Source: Planctomycetota bacterium
GTDB lineage: Bacteria; Planctomycetota; B15-G4
Length of the DNA: 64,000 bases
NCBI GenBank assembly: GCA_038212275.1
Contig: JBBQUR010000002.1
Span: 96,001 to 160,000, forward strand
Reading direction: 5' to 3'
A program made the position numbers and the translations under genes. Of this stretch, positions 9,808 through 18,400 are shown piece after piece. Within the stretch, counting starts at the first letter, position 1, and every line of letters starts with the position of its first letter. The notes under the pieces were generated by a model that worked only from the letters and a program-made list of their open reading frames with translations, was not told the origin of the DNA and did not search any database.

Positions 9808-10710
9808 TCAGCTGGCGGCGGGCGGAGCCTTCACGGCGAGCACCGCGCAGGGCGCCAGCCGCACGACCTTCTCCGCGGTGCTGCCCAGCAGCAGGTGCTT
9901 CATGCCGGTGTAGCCGTGCGTGGCCAGCACGACGAGGTCGGCGGACTCCTGCTTCGCGAGGTCGCAGATCCGTGTCGCCGCGTTGCCCGCGTCCACCAGC
10001 GGGCGCGCCTTGATGCCGCGCTTGACGAGGCCGTCGATGAGAGGCGCCAGCGCATTGACCGCGCTGGCGCGCGCGCCGTCTTCGAAGGCCACGGGCGACA
10101 CCGGAGGCATGCCGTAGGCCACGGGATACAGCACCGGCTCGACGATGTGCGTCACGATGAGCGTCGCGTCGAAGCGGCGGGCAAACTCCTCGGCGTTCTC
10201 CAGCGCCGCACGGCTGCAGTCGGAAAAGTCGATCGGGCAGAGGATCGTGCGGATCGAGACCATGGGTGCGGCTCCTTGGTATGCGGCGCCGTCCGGGACG
10301 TCCGCGGGCTTGAGATCGGGGGATCGGACAGTGAGCACCGGACACCCGGCAAGGTTCACCACGCGCTCGGCGACGCTGCCCAGCAGCACGTGCGACAGAT
10401 GGCTGCGGCCGACAGTGCCCAGCACGATGAGCTGCGCGCCGAGCCGCTTCGCCGCTTCGACGATGCCGAGCTCCGGCGCCACCGCGCGCACCACGCTTCG
10501 GCTGGCGACGACGTCGTCCAGCTCGGGGGGCACCGTCAGCGGAAGTTGTCGCTCGGCCTGCGCCCGCTCGAGTTCATGAAGCGGCACGCAATGAATCACG
10601 TGCAGCCGGGCTCCGCTGCCCGAGCAGCGCGCGAACTCCACCGCCCATGCCTGCGCGCAGGCCGCCGGAGCCGAAAAGTCGGTGGCCATCAGAATGATGG
10701 AAGGGAACAT
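9808..10710 (-). CDS. Tandem universal stress protein (two USP domains)
   Basis: ILMATDFS...GTVGRS..LLGSVAERVV and ILCPIDFS...ATHGYTG..LLGSTAEKVVR. Confidence 0.92.
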   Translation of the reverse strand: MFPSIILMATDFSAPAACAQAWAVEFARCSGSGARLHVIHCVPLHELERAQAERQLPLTVPPELDDVVASRSVVRAVAPELGIVEAAKRLGAQLIVLGTVGRSHLSHVLLGSVAERVVNLAGCPVLTVRSPDLKPADVPDGAAYQGAAPMVSIRTILCPIDFSDCSRAALENAEEFARRFDATLIVTHIVEPVLYPVAYGMPPVSPVAFEDGARASAVNALAPLIDGLVKRGIKARPLVDAGNAATRICDLAKQESADLVVLATHGYTGMKHLLLGSTAEKVVRLAPCAVLAVKAPPAAS

Positions 10711-10783
10711 CAGGCATGCTCTCCGGCGAGCCGATCGGCAGCGGGAGCACCCCGCGCCGGGCCCGCTCGCCCCGAGGAATCAT

Positions 10784-10799
10784 TGCAATCAGCGTGCCG
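10784..10799 (-). promoter_or_regulatory. Sigma-54 (-24/-12) promoter of the USP gene
   Basis: Minus strand CGGCACGCTGATTGCA = GG-N10-GC, close to consensus TGGCAC-N5-TTGC. Confidence 0.75.
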
Positions 10800-10842
10800 A
10801 TGCGGCACGGCCGACGCCAGTGCGGGCCCCCCGGGGGCAGCG

Positions 10843-12468
10843 TCACGGCACCTTGCTGGTGATCGCGTTCGTCGCGGAGTATCCGTGCGGCGCCGCACGG
10901 TCTTGGACCCAGGCCTGGTAGGTGATCGGGAATCCGGACGGCACGCCACCGGGCCAGAATCCCTGGAGCGCCAGCGCGCCCGAGGCGTCGGTGAGCAGGC
11001 CGAGCAGCACGAGGTCCGGTGCGGGCACGAGCACGCCGCCCTTGAAGGGCAGCTTGATCTGCACGAGCGAGATGCACACGGCCAGGTCGGACTGCGGCTG
11101 CGCATCGTCGATCTGCAGCGAGAAGCCCGAGCCCGTGGCGAGCGCGCCGGAACCGACGAGGTCGGGCGCCCCGAGCGCGCCGGCAAAGGCGCTGCCGACC
11201 CAGGTCCACGCCGCCGGCTGCGTCTTCACGACGCAGGTCGCGCCCTGCACGGCGAACGAACCCACCTTGTTGTTCGGCGCGCCCACGAGCATGAGCGCTC
11301 CGTCCAGGCCCAGCGTGGCGCCGAACTGTCCGGCGGGGCCGATCTCGGCCGGCGCGGCGAGCTGCTCGCCGGCCCAGGAGCCATTGCCGAATCGGAAGAG
11401 CCACGCCGAGCCGACATCGATGCCTGACGTGCCGACATCGTCCCTGGGCGCTCCCACGACGATCACGTTGCCGTCGACCTCGACGCTCGTTCCGAAAGCG
11501 TCGCCCGGAAGGCCGTCCCCGGCGAGCAGCGTCTGCTCCTGGACGAAGCTCGTGCCGTGGTCGCGATAGACCCAGGCGGTGCCGCGGCCGAGGTTGCCGA
11601 ACGGCCCGGCATCCGGTGCGCCCGCGACGATGACCGGCCCATCGACGGCGACCGAGGTCCCGAACGAATCCAGCGACATGCCGCCGGAAGGCAGCAGCTT
11701 CTGGCGCTCCACCCACGCACCCGCCACGCGGCGGAACACGTAGACCGCGCCGTTGTCGGTCGCGCCGTTGCTGTCTTCTTCCGGCGCGCCGACGACGATC
11801 ACGTCGCCATCGATGTCCACGCTTGCGCCGAAGCGGTCCCCCGCGAGGCCGTCCGACGCGAAGAGCTGCTGCTCCAGCACGAAGGAGCTGCCGTCGAAGC
11901 GATACACGTAGACCTCTCCCTGCTGGCTCTTCAGCGCGACGTCCTTGGCCGCGACGCCGACCACGATGCGGTCCTGCGTCAGGGCGAAGCGCCCGCCGAA
12001 GACGTCGAAGGAGGCGGCGTCCACCGCCGTCAGGGTCTGGCGCCACGTCCACACGCCGTCGATGCGGCGGTAGATCGCGATCGCGCCCGCGGAGTTCTTG
12101 AGGAGCAGCTTGCGGCCCGGCACGCCGACGACGCACAGGTCGCCACGCAGGCCGACCTGGCTGCCGTAGGCATCGAGCGACACGGGATCCACCAGCGTGA
12201 GCTTCTGCTCGGACTCCCAGGAGCTGCCATCCCAGCGACGGACGTAAGCTGCACCGCCGTCCGCAGCGAGGCCGATGTTCGCGCCGCTGGCGCCGATGAT
12301 CGCGGCATCGCCGTCGAGGCTCACGCTCTGCCCGAACTTGTCGCCGCCCGCTCCGTCGCTCGCCGTCAGCGTGTCCGTGGCCTGGGCCCGGACCGCCGGT
12401 GCGCCGAAAAGCAGCACCGCAGCCAGGGATGCGCCCAGCATGGGCACGAAGGAACCGGCTGAAAGCAT
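10843..12468 (-). CDS. Secreted FG-GAP repeat beta-propeller with conserved C-terminal LPFKGGVLVP domain
   Basis: Seven repeats of the type DxFGxSVxxDGDxxxVGAP...GxxYV; signal peptide VRA-Q. Confidence 0.9.
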   Translation of the reverse strand: MLSAGSFVPMLGASLAAVLLFGAPAVRAQATDTLTASDGAGGDKFGQSVSLDGDAAIIGASGANIGLAADGGAAYVRRWDGSSWESEQKLTLVDPVSLDAYGSQVGLRGDLCVVGVPGRKLLLKNSAGAIAIYRRIDGVWTWRQTLTAVDAASFDVFGGRFALTQDRIVVGVAAKDVALKSQQGEVYVYRFDGSSFVLEQQLFASDGLAGDRFGASVDIDGDVIVVGAPEEDSNGATDNGAVYVFRRVAGAWVERQKLLPSGGMSLDSFGTSVAVDGPVIVAGAPDAGPFGNLGRGTAWVYRDHGTSFVQEQTLLAGDGLPGDAFGTSVEVDGNVIVVGAPRDDVGTSGIDVGSAWLFRFGNGSWAGEQLAAPAEIGPAGQFGATLGLDGALMLVGAPNNKVGSFAVQGATCVVKTQPAAWTWVGSAFAGALGAPDLVGSGALATGSGFSLQIDDAQPQSDLAVCISLVQIKLPFKGGVLVPAPDLVLLGLLTDASGALALQGFWPGGVPSGFPITYQAWVQDRAAPHGYSATNAITSKVP

Positions 12469-12577
12469 GGGAGCAGAGAACTCCTGGTGCTGATCTTGAG
12501 GTGGGCGCCCGAACGCGCCGGGGAGACTACTTCGATATCGACCGTCGCGCCAGCCACCACATCAGGCAATTCCTGGA

Positions 12578-15262
12578 TCAGCGTTCCGCGGAGCGAAGGC
12601 GGGTGAGCCGTCCCCAGCGATTCCAGTCCATCACGTAAAGGTTGCCTGCGTCATCCCAGGCGGCGGAGTGCGGTGCGAGGAATTGCCCATCCACCCACTT
12701 CTCGCGCGGGACGCCGTTTTCTGCGCGCAGTGCCTCGTCGGGGTTGTCACCCAGCTGCGCGACGACCCGGTTGGCGCCATCGAGCACGGTGACGCGGCCC
12801 GCGAGGTCCGGCACCACGAGGAATTCGCCGTGCTGCTGCAGCTTGCACGGGCGGCGCAGATCGGGCGCGGCGGCGACGACGCCGAGCGGCGTGCCGTCCA
12901 GGCCGAAGCGCTGGATGCGGTGATTCTCGCGGTCGGCCACGAGCAGCGTCGGCTGCTCGCCGCGCGCCGCGCCGCGCGTGTCCACCCACACGCCGTGCGC
13001 GCAGTTCAGTTTCCCGACCTCGCTGCCCGGCCCGCCGAAGCACGAGCGCCAATTGCCCTCGCGGTCGTAGACGTGGATCCAATTCCGGCCGTAGCCGTCG
13101 GCGACGAAGATCGTGCCGTCGGGCGCCACCGCGATGCTCGTCGGCGCGAACTGCTCCGCGCTCTCGTACTTGCCGGACTTCATGGGCGCGCCGCGCTGCA
13201 GGAGGGTCGTCCCGTCCAGCGTGGACTTGAACCACTCATGCCGCGTGAAGTGCACGAAGTAGAGCCGCTCGCTGCCGGGAGCATCGGCCGTGCGCACTGC
13301 GCCGGGCGCGGCGTCCTCCGTCGCAAGCGTCATGCCGTGCACGCCATTGCCGAGGTCGTCGCCGAAGGCGGAGACCGGCGTGCCGTCCGCGCGGAAGGTG
13401 CGGATCGACGGCGGCGTGTCGAAGCTGATGTGCAGCAGGCCCGCGCGGTCCACGACGATTTCGCCGTGCGTGTTGCCCCACTCGGTGCCTGCCGGCGGCG
13501 CGAAGGCGCCGTGCATCCACTCGTAGGTGTGGGCACCGGAACCGAGCAGCACCCGCTCTGCCGACGCGGTGCCGCTCGCGCCGGCGGCCTTTGTCGCTTC
13601 GGCAGCCCCGGCGGCTCCGGGCGCTCCGGCCGCCTCGGCGACTTGGGCCGCCTGAAAGGCTTTGGCTTCCACGGGCTCCGAAAACACCTTGCCTGCAAGG
13701 CCCGGATGATCCTTCGCGATCCGCGTCGCGCGGAACAGCGCGTGCGCCGGCGCCCTGCCGCCCTGTGCGCTCGGCTCGATCTCGCCGCCGAGCGGATTCT
13801 CGAACTCCCACACGGCGTGACCGTCCGGCGTGACCTCGATCACGCGCCCGGTCTTGCCCTCGCAGATGAGCGTGTGGCCGTTCGGCAGGCGCTGCGCGCC
13901 GGAGATGAATTCCGAGAAGAAGCCCGGCGGGTCCTTGCAGATCCACGCCGGCGCGTCCGGTCCGAAGGGCCAGTCGCCATCGAGCAGGAAGCCGCGCGCG
14001 GGATCGAAGGGCAGCACGAGTTCGAGCACTGCCGAGGACGTGGCGCCGCGCTCGCTGAAGTTGTCGTACACGAGCACGCGCAGTTCGCCGGGTCTGCTGC
14101 CCGGCACCCACGTCGGGTTGTGCTGGTAGAAGAGGCGCTCGCCTTCCTTGTCGCCCTTGCCCCAGTTCATGGGGTTGCCCCAGCGGTAGAGCAGCGCGCC
14201 GCCATGGCCGCGTCGGCCGCCGGCCTCGCCCGCGGCCTGCTCCGTGGTCGTCGAGTGATCGATCACGAAGAGCTCTCCGGCGTGCGGCGAACTCAGCACG
14301 ATGAGGTCTTGCTCGGGGTGGTAGTCGAGGCCGTTGGTGTGCAACCAGTCGGCCTCGAGCTTCGGGCCGGCCGGTGGTGAGCCCGGTGTACCCGGACCGC
14401 CCGATGCGCCTGGCGACGGTGCGCCTGGCGGCGGCGCGCCGTGCGGCGGTGCTGCCGGCGCCGCCGCGGTGCCGCCCACGTAGCCGAGCGCGGCCATCTG
14501 CTCCTCGCGCTGTTCGCGCGCCACGCGCTCCTCGTCCGTTTCCGGCGCCTTGGCGATCGCGTCGAAGTTGATGTCGAGCCGGCCCGGGTGCTCGGACGGG
14601 TCGCCGAAGTGCGGCAGCGAGGCGTCGCGATGCTGCACGAGGTGATCCCACATGCGCCAGCGCCACACGACGTCGCCGCCGGCGGGGAGCACGGGCGCGA
14701 CCTCCTGCACGATGTCGCACCAGAAGCCTTCTTCCGGGAGGAAGGCCGGGTCGCGGCCCGCCGCCAGCGCCTCCTCGCGCGAGTGGTATTCCCACGCGAT
14801 GACGAGCACGTGCCCGTTCGGCATGAGGTGGATGTCGTGGTGCGCGGTGAGCTTGTCGTTGGCGAGTTCGTAGTCCCACACCACGGAACCGTCCCACGCG
14901 AGCTGCTGGATGCGACCGCCGATGCCGCCGCCGTGGAAGCGCGGGTTGGCATCCTGCATGCCGCAGCGCAGCAGGTCGCCGTTGTCCATCAGATATGTCG
15001 CGGCGCCGGGCGCGAACTGCGTCCGCCACGTGTGCACGACGTTGCCGTCCATGTCGATGAGATGGATGGACTTGCTGTTGAGCGGCGCGAGCAGCGTGTA
15101 GCCGCCCGAGGCCTGCGGCGTCGAGAGCGTCAGGCCGCGCGGTTCGGGTTCGGCCTGAGCACCGGGGGCAGGGTGCCCCTGCGCGTGGAGCGACGAGGCA
15201 GACAGAAGGATCGACAGCAGCAGTGCGCCTGCCGACAGGAACGCGTGGTGAGTTTTCAGCAT
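12578..15262 (-). CDS. Arylsulfotransferase (ASST)-like propeller fused to an NHL-repeat domain
   Basis: HHDIH..PNGH, WLHTNGLDY, YQHNP, ISGAQRLPNGHTLICEG; C-terminal half PTSIAVAPDG..VADGYG, HGVWVD, VADRENHRIQRF, APHSAAWD. Confidence 0.85.
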   Translation of the reverse strand: MLKTHHAFLSAGALLLSILLSASSLHAQGHPAPGAQAEPEPRGLTLSTPQASGGYTLLAPLNSKSIHLIDMDGNVVHTWRTQFAPGAATYLMDNGDLLRCGMQDANPRFHGGGIGGRIQQLAWDGSVVWDYELANDKLTAHHDIHLMPNGHVLVIAWEYHSREEALAAGRDPAFLPEEGFWCDIVQEVAPVLPAGGDVVWRWRMWDHLVQHRDASLPHFGDPSEHPGRLDINFDAIAKAPETDEERVAREQREEQMAALGYVGGTAAAPAAPPHGAPPPGAPSPGASGGPGTPGSPPAGPKLEADWLHTNGLDYHPEQDLIVLSSPHAGELFVIDHSTTTEQAAGEAGGRRGHGGALLYRWGNPMNWGKGDKEGERLFYQHNPTWVPGSRPGELRVLVYDNFSERGATSSAVLELVLPFDPARGFLLDGDWPFGPDAPAWICKDPPGFFSEFISGAQRLPNGHTLICEGKTGRVIEVTPDGHAVWEFENPLGGEIEPSAQGGRAPAHALFRATRIAKDHPGLAGKVFSEPVEAKAFQAAQVAEAAGAPGAAGAAEATKAAGASGTASAERVLLGSGAHTYEWMHGAFAPPAGTEWGNTHGEIVVDRAGLLHISFDTPPSIRTFRADGTPVSAFGDDLGNGVHGMTLATEDAAPGAVRTADAPGSERLYFVHFTRHEWFKSTLDGTTLLQRGAPMKSGKYESAEQFAPTSIAVAPDGTIFVADGYGRNWIHVYDREGNWRSCFGGPGSEVGKLNCAHGVWVDTRGAARGEQPTLLVADRENHRIQRFGLDGTPLGVVAAAPDLRRPCKLQQHGEFLVVPDLAGRVTVLDGANRVVAQLGDNPDEALRAENGVPREKWVDGQFLAPHSAAWDDAGNLYVMDWNRWGRLTRLRSAER

Positions 15263-15405
15263 GCATCCATGCTGACAGCCCGGCGGGGCGGACGGCAACC
15301 GCTCCCGCGAGCGCCGGGCGGTTATGCTCCGCGCCCCCGCGTCGGCCCCGCTTCGGGGCGACCCCGCGACGCGGCGACCGCCGGCTGCTCCGGGAGCGCG
15401 CGCAC

Positions 15406-18400
15406 ATGTCCACGTCACGCCTTCCGTTCGCGCCGCAGCTGCGGCTTCACGTGCTCCTGCAGTCGCTCCTGCAGTCGCTGCTGCTGTCGGTGCTGCTGTC
15501 GGTGCTGCTGTCCTCGGCGGCTGCGCAGGCCTCGCCGCAGGCGGGTGTTCCCGCGGTGGACGCGCAGTCCGTCCCGCAGGCGGCGCTCGCCGCGGCGGCC
15601 GTGCAGCCGCGGTCCGCCACCGAGGTGCTCCGCGCAGGCGACCGCATCTGCCTCGTCGGCGGCGCGCTCGCGGAGCGCTTCCAGCACGACGGCTGGATCG
15701 AGGCGCGGCTGCAGTGCCGGCTGCCGGAGCTGGGCCTGTCCTTCCGCAACCTCGGCTTCACGGCCGACACGCTCACCGTGCGCCAGCGCACCGACGGCTT
15801 CGGCACGCAGGACGAGTGGTTGACGCGCTGCCGCGCGAGCGTGATCTTCGGCTTCTTCGGCTTCAACGAGTCGTTCGCGGGCGAGGCCGGGCTGCCGCAG
15901 TTCCGCACGGACCTCGCCGAGTGGTTGCAGCACGTGCAGGGCCAGCGATACGACGGCGTCGCCGCGCCGCGCGTCGTGCTCTTCTCGCCGACGCCGGCCG
16001 AAGAGCTGCACGATCCGCACCTGCCGACGGCGGCCTCGCACAATGCGCGTCTCGCGCCGTACGTCGCCGCGATGGCCGACGTGGCGCGCGAGCACGGCGT
16101 CCCGTTCGTGAATCTCTTCGCGCCGCTGCGCGACGGCTTCGCGCTGAGCCTGCCGCCGCCGGTCGGCGCCGACGGCAGGCCCGGACCGGAGCACCTGACG
16201 ATCGACGGCATCCACCTGAACGAGCGCGGCAACGAGTCGCTCGCGTCGCTCATCGAGTCGGCGCTCGTGCCGGCCACGCACGAAGCGTCGTTCGCGCCGG
16301 ACGCCGCGCGGCTCGCGTCGGTGCGCGCGCTCGTGCAGGCGAAGAACGATCTGTGGTGGAACCGCTACCGCGTCACCGACGGCTACAACGTCTACGGCGG
16401 GCGCTCCGCGCTCAGCTACGACGGCCTCACCAACTTCGTCGTGCTGCAGCGCGAGCTGGAAATCCTGGACGCGGAAACGGCTCAGCACGACGAGCGCATC
16501 GTGGCCGCGGCGCGCGGCGACGCGCAGCTGGCGTCCTCGCCGGCGGGGCGCGGCGACATCGCGGTGCCCGAGCCCATCCCCGTCCCCACCAACCGGCCCG
16601 GCGAAGGGCCCGGCGGCAGGCACGAGTTCCGCGACGGCGAGTCGGCCATCGCGCTCATGACGCCTGCGCCCGGCATGGCGGTGAATCTCTTTGCGGACGA
16701 GGCGCGCTTTCCCGAGCTGGCCAATCCCGTGCAGATGGCGTGGGACACGCGCGGCCGGCTGTGGGTCGCCGCATGGCCCACGTATCCGCACTGGGCGCCG
16801 AACGATCCGACCGGCGACCGCCTGCTGATCCTGGAGGACGAGGACGGCGACGGCCGCGCCGACACGTGCAAGGTCTTCGCCGACGACCTGCACAATCCGA
16901 CCGGCTTCGAGTTCTGGAACGGCGGCGTCTTCGTCGCCGAGGCGCCGGACCTGCTCTTCCTGAAGGACACCGACGGCGACGACCGCGCGGACTTCGTGGA
17001 GCGCACGCTCGGCGGACTTGCGTCCTCCGACACGCACCACTCCGCCAACAGCTTCGTGCTCGGGCCGGACGGCGCGCTCTACTTCCAGGAGGGCATCTTT
17101 CACCAGACGCAGATCGAGACCGTGTACGGCCCGGTGCGCAATCACGATGCCTGCGCGTGGCGCTACGAGCCGCGCACGCGGCGCGTCGAACGCTATGCCG
17201 CGTACGGTTTCCTCAATCCGCACGGCCACGTCTTCGACCGCTGGGGCCAGGACTTCCTCACCGACGGCACGACCAACGAGAACTTCGTCGCGGGCCCGAT
17301 GGCCGGCTACGTGGAAGAGCCGCGCAAGCATCCAGGCACCTTCACCTTCTTCGCGCAGCGCAGCCGCCCCGCCGCGGCAACGGAGATCCTGAGCAGCAGC
17401 CACTTCCCTGCCGAAAACCAGGGCAACTACCTCATCGCCAACGTGATCGGCTTCCAGGGCATCTTCCAGTACCGCCTCGCGGACGATGGCGCGGGCTTCT
17501 CCGCCACCGAGGTCGAGCCGCTCGTGCACAGCGCCGACCCCAACTTCCGGCCCGTGGACATCGAGGTCGGCCCCGACGGCGCGGTCTACTTTCTGGACTG
17601 GCAGGCGCCGCTCATCGGGCACATGCAGCACCATCTGCGCGACCCGAGCCGCGATCACAGCCACGGACGCGTCTATCGCGTGACGTGCATCGACCGGCCG
17701 CTGTCGGCGCCGGTGCCGATCGCGGGCCGCCCGATCGAGGAACTGGTCGCGCTGCTGGCAAGCCCGGACGACCGCGTGCGCTACCGCACGCGCATCGAAC
17801 TCTCGGCGCGCGACAGCGACGAGGTCGTGTTCGCGGCGCGCGCGTGGGCCGCCGCCGTCCTCCGCACGGATGCCTACTCTGGACACGCCGCAGGCCGCGA
17901 GCACGATCTGCTCGAGGCTCTGTGGTTGCAGGAGCAGCACCAGGTGCTCGACCGCGAGCTGCTCATGCGCGTGCTCGCCTCGCCGGACGCCCATGCCCGC
18001 GCGGCCTCGGTGCGCGTGCTGCGCCATCTGCGCGCGCAGTTCGCCGCCGGCGTCGGCCTCTTTGGCTCGCAGCCCGGCGCGCCTGCCTGGGTGCCGTCCG
18101 TCGCGCATGCCACTCCGCTCATCGATGCGCCGGGCGCGCTGGACCTGCTCGCGAAGGCCGCCACCGATCCCGAGGCCCGCGTGCGGCTCGAGGTCGTCGT
18201 CGCGTGCAGTTTCTTTCCGGAGGCGCGCGCGGCGGAGATCGCGCTGACGGCGTGGCGCGCGGGTCACGACCGCTTCCTCGACTACGCGCTGGACGAGACG
18301 CTGGCCACGCTTGCGCCGCAATGGCGCGCCGCGCTCGCGAGCGGTCAGCCCCTCGCGGCCAATGACCCCGAAGCGCTCGCGCTGCTGCTCGCGCGCCTCG

